Of a stretch of 64,000 nucleotides of DNA, positions 1 to 10,632 are shown one piece after another. The position numbers and the translations under genes are program-made. The stretch's first letter is position 1; each line of letters starts with the position of its first letter. Under the pieces are notes generated by a model, which was given only the letters and a program-made list of their open reading frames with translations, had not been told where the DNA came from and did not search any database. The stretch comes from Caldisericia bacterium (GTDB lineage Bacteria; Caldisericota; Caldisericia; JAAYUI01): contig OY771555.1 of assembly GCA_963674785.1 (NCBI GenBank), forward strand, positions 1,408,001 through 1,472,000, given 5' to 3'.

Positions 1-1
1 T

Positions 2-373
2 CCAAGAACAAAAATCCAGGCAGAAAAACTTGAAGAGAAGTTAGATGAAAATGGTGTGTCGATTGACAGAGCGATCTATTTGGACGTATCACTTGATGTT
101 TCACTTGAGAGGAATATGGCAAGGATGACCTGTCCGAGCTGTGGATACTCTCCCTCAAGTGGTGTGACAGTATGTCCTGAGTGTGGTACACAACTTGTCA
201 AAAGAGCGGATGATCAGGTTGAAACTATCAAGCATAGATTCAAGACTTATCTTGATCTGACTGAACCTCTTATCGACTACTATGAAAAAAAAGGAATACT
301 TCTGAGAATTGATGCGAGTGCAACAATTGATGAAGTCGAAAAATCGATAATTGATGGTCTTTGTGTTAAATGA
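2..373 (+). CDS. adk: Adenylate kinase, 5'-truncated by window edge
   Basis: Frame open from base 2 (PRTKIQAE); Zn-LID CxxC..CxxC; RADD..ETI motif; lies upstream of map/infA. Confidence 0.93.
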   Translation, partial: PRTKIQAEKLEEKLDENGVSIDRAIYLDVSLDVSLERNMARMTCPSCGYSPSSGVTVCPECGTQLVKRADDQVETIKHRFKTYLDLTEPLIDYYEKKGILLRIDASATIDEVEKSIIDGLCVK

Positions 374-1139
374 TTTTCATTAAAACACCTGAAGAGACCA
401 AAAAAATGAGGGTGTTAGGCTCTGAGGCTTTTAACATCTTAAGCAGCTTGAAAAAAAGTTCAAAACCAGGAATGACAACGAGACAGATTGATGAGCTTGC
501 TGTCATTGAAGCCGATAAGATTGGAGCAAATTTATCCAGTTTTGGATATTATGATTTCCCTGGACACTTATGTATTTCTCTGAATGAGACTGTTATTCAT
601 GGAATCCCAGATGACAGAAAACTCAAAAAGGGCGATATGGTGAGCATCGATATGCTTCTTGATAGAGATGGTGTTTTTGTGGATACCGCAATTACTTTTG
701 TGGTTGGTGGTGCCCCAAATAAACTCCAAAAGAAGCTTATGAATGTGACAAGGGAAGCTTTAAATCTTGGTATTTCAAACGCTGTTGTTGGAAAGTGTGT
801 TGGAGATATTTCCACCGCTATCCAAACACATGTTGAGAAAAACGGTTTTTCTGTTATCAAGGATTTTGTTGGTCATGGAGTTGGAAGACATATCCATGAA
901 GATCCACAGATCCCAAATTTTGGTATCAAACCTGGTCTCGGATATCCATTAAAAAAGGGTATGACGATTGCAATCGAGCCGATGGTTTCTGCGGGTGACT
1001 GGCAGGTTGAAGTGCTTGCGGATGGCTGGACTGCAAATATGGTAGATGGCTCGTTATCTGCTCATTTTGAGCATACTGTGCTTGTGACAGATAAAGAACC
1101 TGTGATATTGACGAATAAACAAAAATCAATGGAGGTTAT

Positions 1140-1143
<4 letters not shown>
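370..1143 (+). CDS. map: Methionine aminopeptidase type I
   Basis: HGIP, GHGVG..IHEDP, AIEPM and SAHFEHT motifs. Confidence 0.97.
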
Positions 1144-1491
<348 letters not shown>

Positions 1492-1501
1492 GAGTATGTA
1501 A

Positions 1502-1873
1502 ATGCCACGAATTTCAGGTGTAGACATTCCAGCTAACAAAAGAGTAGATATTTCTCTTAGATACATTTATGGTATTGGTCCAGTCAATGCTCATGAAGTA
1601 GTAGAGAAAGCCGGTATTGACCCACTCAAGAGGATGAAGGATTTATCCAAAGAAGAGCTTGAGAAAATCAATGAGATATTAGCAAGTGACTATAAGGTTG
1701 AAGGTGATCTTAGAAAAGAAGTTACTCAGAATATCAAGAGATTGATTGAAATCGGTACCTACAGAGGACTTAGACATAAGCGTGGTCTCCCTGTCAGAGG
1801 ACAGAGAACTCGTACAAATGCAAGAACTCGTAAGGGCAGATCTCATTCAGTCGGCGTTTCGAGAAAGAAGTAA
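1502..1873 (+). CDS. rpsM: 30S ribosomal protein S13
   Basis: YIYGIG; [18 protein letters not shown]. Confidence 0.98.
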   Translation: MPRISGVDIPANKRVDISLRYIYGIGPVNAHEVVEKAGIDPLKRMKDLSKEELEKINEILASDYKVEGDLRKEVTQNIKRLIEIGTYRGLRHKRGLPVRGQRTRTNARTRKGRSHSVGVSRKK

Positions 1874-1883
1874 GGGGTGAGAG

Positions 1884-2258
1884 ATGGCTAAGAAAAAAAG
1901 AGCGAAGAAGCTAGTCTCTGAAGGTAGAATCTATATTCATTGCAGTTTTAATAATTGCATTGTTTCAGTCACAGACAAAGATGGCAACGTTGTTGCTTGG
2001 TCATCTGGTGGAGAAAGTGGTTTCAAAGGAACAAGAAAAGGAACCGGTTTCGCAGCCCAGGTTGTCGCGCAGAATGCATGCAAAAAAGCACTTGATATGG
2101 GTATGAAAGAAGCGAGATTGTTTGTCAAAGGCCCAGGATCAGGTAGAGAAACTGCAATCCGTTCGGTTGGTGCCTCAGGAATCACAATTACTTCAATCAA
2201 AGATATCACTCCAATCCCACATAATGGATGCCGACCACCAAAAATCAGGAGAGTATAG
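1884..2258 (+). CDS. rpsK: 30S ribosomal protein S11
   Basis: [25 protein letters not shown]. Confidence 0.98.
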   Translation: MAKKKRAKKLVSEGRIYIHCSFNNCIVSVTDKDGNVVAWSSGGESGFKGTRKGTGFAAQVVAQNACKKALDMGMKEARLFVKGPGSGRETAIRSVGASGITITSIKDITPIPHNGCRPPKIRRV

Positions 2259-2260
2259 AG

Positions 2261-2893
2261 ATGGGAAGATATACAGGACCAGTTTGCAGACTCTGCAGAA
2301 GAGAAAAAGACAAGCTCTACCTCAAAGGGGCAAGATGCTATGGAGCAAAATGTCCGCTTGAAGGCAATTACCATATTCCAGGAATGCATGGACCAAAAAA
2401 GAGACCTCGTGAAAAGATGTCAGATTATGCACTTCATCTTCGCGAAAAACAGAAGGTTAGAAGAATGTATGGAATGATGGAAAACCAGTTCAAGAATTAC
2501 TTTGCTGTTGCAAAAGCACAGAGAGAAATTCCAACCGGTGACAAACTTCTTGAGATTCTTGAGAGAAGACTTGATAATGTTATTTATAGAGCATCACTTG
2601 CTCCAAGCAGAACATCAGCAAGACAGATCATCAATCATTCACATATTAGAGTAAATGGTAAAAGACTTGATGTTCCATCCTACATTGTCAAACCAGGCGA
2701 CACCATTGAGGTAAAACAGAAAGCAAGAAAAATTAACCTCATCGACGAAGCAATCAAGTCACCTGTTACTCCACCATCATGGATGTCTTTTGATGACAAG
2801 AATTATAAAATTGAGATTCTTAGAATTCCAACCGTATCAGACATTGACTCAACCGCAAATATTCAGCTCGTTGTTGAATATTATTCAAGGTAA
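2261..2893 (+). CDS. rpsD: 30S ribosomal protein S4 (Zn-binding C+ type)
   Basis: MGRYTGPVCRLCRRE..C..C; LERRLDN; start moved to ATG 2261. Confidence 0.97.
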   Translation: MGRYTGPVCRLCRREKDKLYLKGARCYGAKCPLEGNYHIPGMHGPKKRPREKMSDYALHLREKQKVRRMYGMMENQFKNYFAVAKAQREIPTGDKLLEILERRLDNVIYRASLAPSRTSARQIINHSHIRVNGKRLDVPSYIVKPGDTIEVKQKARKINLIDEAIKSPVTPPSWMSFDDKNYKIEILRIPTVSDIDSTANIQLVVEYYSR

Positions 2894-2911
2894 GAGATAA
2901 GGGGATATAAA

Positions 2912-4480
2912 GTGTTTCCACTTGCAAGTCTTGAACTCAAGACCATCGAAGAGGATGCCTTTCTTGGTAGATATACTCTAGAACCTCTTCATCCGGGGTA
3001 TGGTGTATTGATTGGCAACAGTTTGAGGAGAGTACTTCTTTCCTCCATCAAAGGTGCTGCCCCAATAGCCCTGAGAATAGATGGGGTTCCCCATGAATTC
3101 TCCGTGATCGACGGTGTTGTAGAAGATGTCGTACAAATCGTTTTGAATTTGAAAAAGCTTGTTGTTGCCATGGATACAGATGAGATTAGAACTCTCACTC
3201 TTGATGCATCCGGTGAAAAGATGGTAACAGCTGCAGACATCATTCCAGATGTAGATACAACAATTGTTAATCCAGAACTACACATTGCCGAATTATCATC
3301 TCCAAACTCAACCCTCAGAATGGACATCATGGTTTCCAAAAAACGCGGATATGTCCCAATCGTTAAAAACAAAATGGACGGTTATCCTGTTGGAACCATC
3401 TGGCTTGATGCGATGTTTACACCAGTAAAGAATGTCAGATTCTCTGTTGAACAGACATTGATTGAGCAGTATCTTGATTTTGAGAGACTCAGCATTGATA
3501 TTCTCTGTAACGGTGCAATTGCACCAAGAGAAGCACTGCTTCAGGGTCTTCAGATCCTTTCTGAATACTACACTGTTATTGCACAACCAGAACTTCTTAA
3601 GAGAGAAGAGGAAGGTATTGAGGAGATTCTTGATGAGAAGCTCAACCAGCCTCTTGATGCTGCGGTTCCTGGGATTTCAGCAAAAACTCACCATCTTCTG
3701 GTTTATGAAGGTATTAAATCTCTCAGAGATCTACTTATGCGTGAGCAGGATGAGATTAAGGCAATCAGAGGTATCAGCACAAAAGCACTCTCTTCACTCA
3801 TGAAAGCTCTTACATCTGCTCCTGATTACGAACTTATTTCACAGTATACATTCCCGCTCTTCGGTGAGGACATGGATTCATTCAGTAATGCTGATGAGGT
3901 GGATGAGAGTCACGATACGGATGTAGTTGACGTAGATGAGGTAATCGCAGAGGTCGGTGATATTGAGGTTGATCAGTCAGAATCTAAAGAGATTTCACCA
4001 GATACACCAGCTGACGTTCCAGAAGAAGCTCTTAAGTATCAGCTTGAAGATTTATCTATCGCAAAAAGCACAGAAGGTTTCCTTGAAGATAATGGTGTAA
4101 CAACGCTTGTTCAGCTTGTTAGTAGAACAAGGGATGAGATTCATAACATGGAGGGTTTCAAAGAGAAAATCATTACTGAGATCGAAAAGAAACTTTCTAA
4201 ACTTGGTCTTTCTCTTTCTACTGATAAGAGCTTTGAAGCGATGGATCAGGCCGACCAGGAAAAAACAATCAGAGATATGTCAATCGATGTTTTCATTGCA
4301 AACGATGTTCCAATCCCAAGCACGTCACAGAAAGCACTTGAGCAGAAGGGTGTTGGTAATGTTGGTCAGATGATTGATTTGGGAAAAGCTGCCCTCAAAG
4401 GAAAACTCAAATTCTCTGGTAAGACAATAAAATCGATAGAAAAAAGACTCCAGGAGTGGGGTCTTGAACTCAAGGAGTAA
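2912..4480 (+). CDS. rpoA: RNA polymerase alpha subunit, unusually long (522 aa) with three CTD-like repeats
   Basis: EPL..GYG..IGNSLRRVLLSSI.G and HEFS.IDGV.EDV N-domain motifs; position between rpsD and rplQ. Confidence 0.95.
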   Translation: MFPLASLELKTIEEDAFLGRYTLEPLHPGYGVLIGNSLRRVLLSSIKGAAPIALRIDGVPHEFSVIDGVVEDVVQIVLNLKKLVVAMDTDEIRTLTLDASGEKMVTAADIIPDVDTTIVNPELHIAELSSPNSTLRMDIMVSKKRGYVPIVKNKMDGYPVGTIWLDAMFTPVKNVRFSVEQTLIEQYLDFERLSIDILCNGAIAPREALLQGLQILSEYYTVIAQPELLKREEEGIEEILDEKLNQPLDAAVPGISAKTHHLLVYEGIKSLRDLLMREQDEIKAIRGISTKALSSLMKALTSAPDYELISQYTFPLFGEDMDSFSNADEVDESHDTDVVDVDEVIAEVGDIEVDQSESKEISPDTPADVPEEALKYQLEDLSIAKSTEGFLEDNGVTTLVQLVSRTRDEIHNMEGFKEKIITEIEKKLSKLGLSLSTDKSFEAMDQADQEKTIRDMSIDVFIANDVPIPSTSQKALEQKGVGNVGQMIDLGKAALKGKLKFSGKTIKSIEKRLQEWGLELKE

Positions 4481-4483
4481 ATT

Positions 4484-4843
4484 ATGAGACACCAGAAAAC
4501 ACACAGAAAACTCGGTGTATGGAGTTCATACAGAAAAATGATGCTCAGAAACCTTGCCACAAACCTTGTTATGTCTGGAAAAATTGAAACAACAGAGGCA
4601 AGATCAAAAGAGCTCAGAAGAAAAGTTGACAGAATTTTTGTGGTTGCAAAGAATGATGACCTTTCCTCAGTCAGAAAGGTTTATTCATTTTTTACAACAA
4701 GAGAAGCTGCAAAAAGATGCCTCGACGATGCAAAGAATAAATTTGACCAGAATAAAACTGGTGGGTTTACAAGACAGTTTAAACTTGGCCCACGCAGAGG
4801 AGATGGCGCTCCTTTAGTTTTGGTCAAACTTGACTATGCCTGA
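4484..4843 (+). CDS. rplQ: 50S ribosomal protein L17
   Basis: MRH..RKLG..RKMMLRNL, IETTEAR, RRGDGAP. Confidence 0.96.
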   Translation: MRHQKTHRKLGVWSSYRKMMLRNLATNLVMSGKIETTEARSKELRRKVDRIFVVAKNDDLSSVRKVYSFFTTREAAKRCLDDAKNKFDQNKTGGFTRQFKLGPRRGDGAPLVLVKLDYA

Positions 4844-5693
4844 GGAAGAAAAAGCTGAAAACGCCTTTTCACTCGTTTTTGATAAGGTAAGCTTCAGTTA
4901 TAAAAATAACGAAGAAGGAAGAGCACCTGCATTATCTGGGTGCTCTTTTGAATATGGGCAAGGAGAGTTTCTTGTTCTTGTTGGGCACAATTCTTCGGGT
5001 AAGTCAACTCTCGTAAAGATGATAAACGGTTTGTTGATTCCAGATGATGGAGATGTTCTTGTGTCTGGTCTTTCGACTTCTGATTCAAAAAACCATATCT
5101 CAATAAGAAAAGAAGTTGGGTTGGTTTTTCAAAACCCTGACAATCAAACTGTTACATCTGTTGTTGAGGATGATGTTGCCTTTGGTCCTGAAAATCTAAA
5201 TCTTGAATCGAGCGATATTCAGGAGAGGGTGACATCGGCTCTAGAAACGGTTAGCATGCTTGACAGAAGGAAGAAGCTTGTTGCGAATCTTTCTGGAGGT
5301 CAGAAACAGCTCATTGCAATTGCTGGAGTTCTTGCCCTAAGACCCAAATTGATTATTCTCGATGAGGCAACCTCCTTGCTTGATCCTCGTGGAAGAAGAC
5401 TCGTTTTAAAGAAAATTGTTGAACTAAACCGAATGGGTATCGGCATTATTATGATTACTCACAAAATGGAAGAAGTTCTTTTAGGTAATAGGGTTATAGC
5501 TCTTGAAAAAGGAAATATTATCTTTGATGGAAAATCATCTGATCTCTTTTCAAACAAAGAACTACTTCAGAGAGCTGGGCTTGAACCACCTCAGATTCTT
5601 GAATTAACAAAAGAGCTTAGAGATATCGGTTACAATATCAAAACGCCGAAAAACCCAGCTGAGATTGTGGAGGAAATATGCAAATTGAGGTGA
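4836..5693 (+). CDS. ecfA1: ECF transporter ATPase A
   Basis: Walker A GHNSSGKST, FQNPDNQ, LSGGQKQ, LDEATS.LDP; start is ATG 4836 or TTG 4830. Confidence 0.92.
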   Translation: MPEEEKAENAFSLVFDKVSFSYKNNEEGRAPALSGCSFEYGQGEFLVLVGHNSSGKSTLVKMINGLLIPDDGDVLVSGLSTSDSKNHISIRKEVGLVFQNPDNQTVTSVVEDDVAFGPENLNLESSDIQERVTSALETVSMLDRRKKLVANLSGGQKQLIAIAGVLALRPKLIILDEATSLLDPRGRRLVLKKIVELNRMGIGIIMITHKMEEVLLGNRVIALEKGNIIFDGKSSDLFSNKELLQRAGLEPPQILELTKELRDIGYNIKTPKNPAEIVEEICKLR

Positions 5694-6526
5694 AGAACCT
5701 CACTCATGTTTATGATATTGGCATGCCCTTTGAGTATACTGCCCTCGATGATGTTTCAGTTGCAATTGAATCAGGGAAGATAACTGGGATTATTGGATCA
5801 ACTGGGTCTGGTAAAAGTACTTTAATTCAGCATTTTAATGCTTTGCTTTCCCCAACATCTGGAACCGTACTAGTCGATGGTGAAGATGTTAATGAAAAAA
5901 AATATGATAAGAAAATCCTGAGACAGAAGATTGGCATGGTCTTTCAGTATCCAGAATCACAACTTTTTGGAGAAACTGTTGAGAAGGATATCGCATTTGG
6001 ACCATCAAAAATGGGTCTTAACGCTGACGAAATAAAAGAGCGTGTTAAAGAATCAATCTCGCTTCTCGGGATAAGTTACGATGACTATAAGGATAGATCA
6101 CCATTCAATTTATCTGGTGGTGAAAAACGAAAAATAGCCATTGCAGGAATTCTAGCCTTACGACCAGAAGTTCTTGTTCTTGATGAACCGACTGCAGGAC
6201 TTGATCCGGTCGCCAGAACAAACCTTTTAAACCTTATTCTTTCATACAAAAAAGATGGTAAAACACTTGTAATGGTATCTCACGACATGGATGAGGTTTC
6301 AGGTGTTGCTGATAATGTAATCGTTATGAATCAGTCCAAAATTATATATTCGGGAGATACAGGTGAAGCGTTTTCTCAGCCAGCAATGCTCAGGTCGGCT
6401 GGATTGGATGTACCAATGCTTTCAGTGATTGCTGAACTTCTTCGAAAAAAAGAGTTTGATATCCCTAGAAGAACCTGGGATGCCCCTAATCTTGCAAGAA
6501 AAATTGTAGAGGAGCTGAAGAAATAA
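5678..6526 (+). CDS. ecfA2: ECF transporter ATPase A'
   Basis: GSTGSGKST, FQYPE.QLF, LSGGEKR, DEPTAGLDP. Confidence 0.93.
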   Translation: MQIEVKNLTHVYDIGMPFEYTALDDVSVAIESGKITGIIGSTGSGKSTLIQHFNALLSPTSGTVLVDGEDVNEKKYDKKILRQKIGMVFQYPESQLFGETVEKDIAFGPSKMGLNADEIKERVKESISLLGISYDDYKDRSPFNLSGGEKRKIAIAGILALRPEVLVLDEPTAGLDPVARTNLLNLILSYKKDGKTLVMVSHDMDEVSGVADNVIVMNQSKIIYSGDTGEAFSQPAMLRSAGLDVPMLSVIAELLRKKEFDIPRRTWDAPNLARKIVEELKK

Positions 6527-7329
6527 TGGCTCTCGCAAATCTCGTTGTCGTTGGGCAGTATATCCCTATGAAAACCTTTATCCATAATATGGATTCAAGG
6601 ATAAAATTGACCATCGCAATGTTTTTCTTGATTTTCATTTTTATGGTTGGCGGGTTGGATGTACTTGGTTTCCTTTTTGTTTTGGTTATGATTTTTGCTT
6701 TTCTTGCCAAAGTACCGTTTATGCATCTTGTCAGAGGGCTAAGACCAATCCTTTTTTTAATTCTTATCACAGTCATCATACAGGTTTTTGTTACAAAAGG
6801 TGATCCAGCTTTTGAATTGTGGGGGATCGTCGTATCAAAGCAGGGTCTTTTGTATGCAGCAAGAATAGTTATAAGGCTTGTCACCCTTGTTTCTGTTTCA
6901 GTGGTTTTGACTTTTTCAACGTCTCCACTTGAGCTTACTTTTGCAATGGAGTCATTCATGTCTCCTTTGAGGCTTGTTGGATTTCCAGTTTCTGAGGTTG
7001 CCTTGATGATGAGTATTGCATTGAGATTTATCCCAACACTTTTATCTGAAGCAGATAAGATCGTTAAAGCCCAAAGCTCAAGAGGGGCTGATTTCGGCAC
7101 TGGTGGCTTAATCGCCAGAGCAAAGGCCTTTATTCCGGTAATAATACCGCTTTTCGTTTCATCATTTAGAAGAGCCGAAGAGCTTGCCCAAGCTATGGAA
7201 TCAAGATGTTTTGTAACCGGGGCTAAACGTGGCAGATTGCATGTGGTTACAATTAAGTGGTATGATTGGGTGGTTTTGTTTGTTTTGCTTGTGATGTTGG
7301 TAGCACTGTATTTGTATGCGAGAATTTAA
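6526..7329 (+). CDS. ecfT: ECF transporter T component
   Basis: Multi-TM; ALRFIPTL, AQSSRG and AMESR motifs. Confidence 0.93.
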   Translation: MALANLVVVGQYIPMKTFIHNMDSRIKLTIAMFFLIFIFMVGGLDVLGFLFVLVMIFAFLAKVPFMHLVRGLRPILFLILITVIIQVFVTKGDPAFELWGIVVSKQGLLYAARIVIRLVTLVSVSVVLTFSTSPLELTFAMESFMSPLRLVGFPVSEVALMMSIALRFIPTLLSEADKIVKAQSSRGADFGTGGLIARAKAFIPVIIPLFVSSFRRAEELAQAMESRCFVTGAKRGRLHVVTIKWYDWVVLFVLLVMLVALYLYARI

Positions 7330-8068
7330 TTACAAAGCCGTAATTGCCTATGATGGGACGGATTATTATGGATTTCAAAGGCAGTATGGTCTTCCATCTA
7401 TCCAGGTTGCAGTAGAAGACGCTATTTGGGAGTCACTTGGAATAAAAACCACTGTTTATGGTTCATCACGAACTGACAGAGGGGTCCATGCTCTGGGACA
7501 AGTTATTTCGTTTTCGATAGATCAAGACATTCATCCCGCAGGAATGTTTGGGATGGTCTCTAATTATTTGCCATCAACGATTACACTTAAGTCGCTCGAA
7601 AAGGCTCCATGGGGATTTATTGCAAGATTTGCACAGCGAACAAAGGTCTATTCGTACTTAATCCATAAAGGTAAGTCCGACTCACCATTTGTCAAAAGGG
7701 GTTCGTGGATTATTCCACATCAGCATTTTAACACCAAGGTTTTAGCTGATACTTTTTCGAGATTTCTTGGGAAACATAACTTTGCCTGTTTTGGCAAAAC
7801 CACAAAAGAGGGTAACGAAAAAGACCCCAACTGTCATATACTGGAAACCGATGTTTTGGAGAAGGGTAGTTTTGTGGCATTAATATTGCGTGGTGACAGG
7901 TTTCTTCACAATATGGTAAGAAGGATGGTTGGATATTCTGTCGAGTGTGCTTTGGGCAGGGAAGACCCCGAAACTCTAGAATCAATTTTTATGGGCAATA
8001 TGCGTCCATCAGCAGGCCAAAAAGCTCCACCTCAAGGTCTTTACCTGGTCTCGGTTGACTATACATAA
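7316..8068 (+). CDS. truA: tRNA pseudouridine(38-40) synthase
   Basis: YDGT.Y.GFQ, SRTDRGVHA, FLHNMVRRMVG, APPQGLYL. Confidence 0.95.
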   Translation: MREFNYKAVIAYDGTDYYGFQRQYGLPSIQVAVEDAIWESLGIKTTVYGSSRTDRGVHALGQVISFSIDQDIHPAGMFGMVSNYLPSTITLKSLEKAPWGFIARFAQRTKVYSYLIHKGKSDSPFVKRGSWIIPHQHFNTKVLADTFSRFLGKHNFACFGKTTKEGNEKDPNCHILETDVLEKGSFVALILRGDRFLHNMVRRMVGYSVECALGREDPETLESIFMGNMRPSAGQKAPPQGLYLVSVDYT

Positions 8069-8214
8069 GCAGTATTCAAACTCACCGAAACATGATTTTT
8101 ATTTTTATATGAGTAGTCTTTAAAAGGCTCATCAAGGATTATGCTCGTAGACATAAATAATACAGGCGAGACAGTCTAAATGAGTGATCTGTTCCCAGAA
8201 TAAAAGATAACAAC

Positions 8215-8242
8215 TAGACTAAGTACGTTATTTATCTATAAT
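8215..8242 (+). promoter_or_regulatory. Sigma70-like promoter, probably leaderless
   Basis: TAGACT-16-TATAAT, then 7 nt to ATG 8250; no SD. Confidence 0.5.
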
Positions 8243-8249
8243 TTGGACA

Positions 8250-8900
8250 ATGAGCAATTATATTGAAATTCTAAAGCTTGCGTTTGAGGTGCTGATCGCA
8301 TTGCTTTTGCTGGGAGTATCTATTTTTTTGATTCACCATTACAGAAAAGGTGAGGACGTAACAGCGTTAACTTTTGCTGTTTCAAGTTTTTCTTTAACAG
8401 TTGTCGTCTTTGTGACTGTTGTGCTCTCTATATCCATAAACTCCTTTTCAGTCTTTTCTGATCACACATATAGATATATCCCATGGTTTTTGTCCGGAGG
8501 ATATTTATTTTTCGCAATAGGTAGCTTTGTTTCAGTCTTTTTAGCAAAAAATAAAATATCGCTATATTTCATACCAATTATCCTGCTTATGTTTGTTACC
8601 CTAGGCATTGGTTTTATTCCCGGGATAATTTCAGGATTGCCGGAGTATGCTACATCTGGCGTTTGGGTTCTAATGTTGGCTGGAATAATCTTTGTAGCGA
8701 TTTCATTGAACTACTTTTTGTATTGGGTTAGAGAAAGACAGAATTTTAGGATAATGATGTCTGTTGCATTTCTTATCCTCTCTCTATCAATGTTTTTGGT
8801 GATGTTTGTTTCTAACAACAATCTGCTTTCTGTTTTTACACACCTTCTAAGACTTGTGGGGTTTGGTATTATTTTTTATGAGTTCCAAGTTGGATTTTGA
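8250..8900 (+). CDS. Hypothetical polytopic membrane protein (~7 TM)
   Basis: 216-aa hydrophobic ORF. Confidence 0.75.
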   Translation: MSNYIEILKLAFEVLIALLLLGVSIFLIHHYRKGEDVTALTFAVSSFSLTVVVFVTVVLSISINSFSVFSDHTYRYIPWFLSGGYLFFAIGSFVSVFLAKNKISLYFIPIILLMFVTLGIGFIPGIISGLPEYATSGVWVLMLAGIIFVAISLNYFLYWVRERQNFRIMMSVAFLILSLSMFLVMFVSNNNLLSVFTHLLRLVGFGIIFYEFQVGF

Positions 8901-8903
8901 TCG

Positions 8904-9794
8904 ATGAGGCGCTTATTATTCTTTATCATTTGCTTTTTGTTGGTTCTTGTTTTGCTTCCAGGTGTTTTTGCCTTTGAGCTTGAAGAATTTGATGAATTGG
9001 TTGAACCTGAGAAACTTGAGCTATTCCAGAAATTTGATAGGTTAAACATACTTCCGCCAAGCTTTCAACTGCAACATATTGATGAGTTGATAAGTAAAGA
9101 TGACTGCATTTCTTTGGTTGTATCAATTGCAAACTGGGGTGAAGGTCTTTGGATTGACAGGACACCTTCTTTTTTTTCAAGGACAGCGCTTAAAATCAAA
9201 AGATTTTTCAGCAGAATTAATCTAAACTTTTCTTTGAGTAAAGAGCTTTCTATAAGGGATAACGAGAACTTGTTAAAAAGTTCAGGGAGATGGGGCATCA
9301 AACTGAAGCCCTCTGAGCTTGATAATGTCGTTCTTGGATGGGAAATGCTTGATTATGAATGTGAGGTGTTGTCGAAAATGCTTCACAAGGCATCGATCCC
9401 TCGAACACTTAAGGATGAATTAGATTCAATAATGGACGAGATAAAAAGTCTTGAAGTTGAATACGAGAAGTTAGAAGTAGGTGGATTGACGGAAGATGGC
9501 AACGTGTTTGGGATTGACGAGTATGAGAAGGAAGTTTGGGGATTTTATCTTTTGGCACTTCAACACAATCTTTTAACAGGGAGTATGGTTTCTGATTCTA
9601 ATTTTTTCGACAGACAGGATCCTCAAGTTGCGTTAAATGTTGAACTTTCTATGTTTGAAGCACTTTTGTACGGTGAAAAGATGATTGATTATGTCGATTC
9701 ACTCTCTGGTTATGCGACAGGATATTTCCAAAAAACAGAAAACATTGAAAAAAGTGCTGTTTTGGTTTCGAGAAACATTTCGATGTTGTATTGA
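8904..9794 (+). CDS. Hypothetical secreted protein
   Basis: Signal-peptide-like N-terminus (..PGVFA); 3 nt after upstream stop. Confidence 0.7.
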   Translation: MRRLLFFIICFLLVLVLLPGVFAFELEEFDELVEPEKLELFQKFDRLNILPPSFQLQHIDELISKDDCISLVVSIANWGEGLWIDRTPSFFSRTALKIKRFFSRINLNFSLSKELSIRDNENLLKSSGRWGIKLKPSELDNVVLGWEMLDYECEVLSKMLHKASIPRTLKDELDSIMDEIKSLEVEYEKLEVGGLTEDGNVFGIDEYEKEVWGFYLLALQHNLLTGSMVSDSNFFDRQDPQVALNVELSMFEALLYGEKMIDYVDSLSGYATGYFQKTENIEKSAVLVSRNISMLY

Positions 9795-9811
9795 TACATC
9801 GATTAAGCAAT

Positions 9812-9839
9812 AAAAAAACCCCGCAATCAGCGGGGTTTT
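9812..9839. terminator. Intrinsic terminator between convergent genes (mainly rpmB)
   Basis: AAAAAAACCCCGC-AATCA-GCGGGGTTTT hairpin. Confidence 0.85.
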
Positions 9840-9863
9840 ACGGTTGCAAAAAGCTATATAAAA

Positions 9864-10052
9864 TCAAGCTACTTCTACTTTACCAGCCTTGAGGCACTTT
9901 GCACAAACTCTTACTCTCTTGACAGTGCTTCCAACTTTTGCTCTTACGGTGTGAAGGTTAGGCAACCAACGTCTCTTTGACCTTACGTGTGAATGACTGA
10001 TTGTGTGACCTGTAATTGGACCTTTGCCACAAATATCGCACTTTCTTGACAT
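9864..10052 (-). CDS. rpmB: 50S ribosomal protein L28
   Basis: MSRKCDICGKGP..G..ISHSH..SKRRWLPNL; start at 10052 with GGAGG RBS. Confidence 0.96.
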   Translation of the reverse strand: MSRKCDICGKGPITGHTISHSHVRSKRRWLPNLHTVRAKVGSTVKRVRVCAKCLKAGKVEVA

Positions 10053-10140
10053 CTTATCTTCGACCTCCTGATTAATAACGAACATGTAATCTAACATTCT
10101 TTTTTATTCATACAAGTGAAGAAAAGGAAAATATCCGTAG

Positions 10141-10168
10141 TTGACTTATTGGTTATAGGGTATACAAT
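10141..10168 (+). promoter_or_regulatory. Sigma70-like promoter of rplM-rpsI
   Basis: TTGACT-16-TACAAT. Confidence 0.6.
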
Positions 10169-10192
10169 TCATTCTTCGGTTAGGAGGATACC

Positions 10193-10621
10193 ATGGATAC
10201 AGTATTCCCGAAGATAGAAGAAAAAGACAGAAAATGGTACTTGGTTGACGCTTCTGAAGCGCCAGTTGGAAGGATCGCTGCAAAAGTGGCAAGACTTCTT
10301 ACAGGAAAAGGAAAACCAATTTGGTCACCACATATTGATGGTGGAGATTACGTTGTAGTCATCAATGCTGAGAAGTCAGTTGTGACCGGAAATAAAAGAA
10401 CAGATAAGAAGTATTATTCATACTCCGGTTATATTGGTGGACTCAAGGAAGTCCCATTCAGAAGAATGGTTTTGAGACATCCAGAACGTATAATCGAAAG
10501 AGCAGTATGGGGTATGTTACCAAAGACTAGACTTGGAAGAAAAATGTATACCAAACTCAAGGTCTATGCCGGTGAAAATCATCCGCATTCCGCACAGCAG
10601 CCTCAGAAGTTGGCATTTTAA
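10193..10621 (+). CDS. rplM: 50S ribosomal protein L13
   Basis: RKWYLVDA, GDYVVVINA, GMLPK, HPH.AQQP. Confidence 0.98.
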   Translation: MDTVFPKIEEKDRKWYLVDASEAPVGRIAAKVARLLTGKGKPIWSPHIDGGDYVVVINAEKSVVTGNKRTDKKYYSYSGYIGGLKEVPFRRMVLRHPERIIERAVWGMLPKTRLGRKMYTKLKVYAGENHPHSAQQPQKLAF

Positions 10622-10632
10622 GGAGTTACTGA

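Noticed and set aside
4980-5010. Walker A variant GHNSSGKST in EcfA1 as an inactive ATPase
   Set aside because: Still fits GxxxxGKS/T and the other motifs are intact
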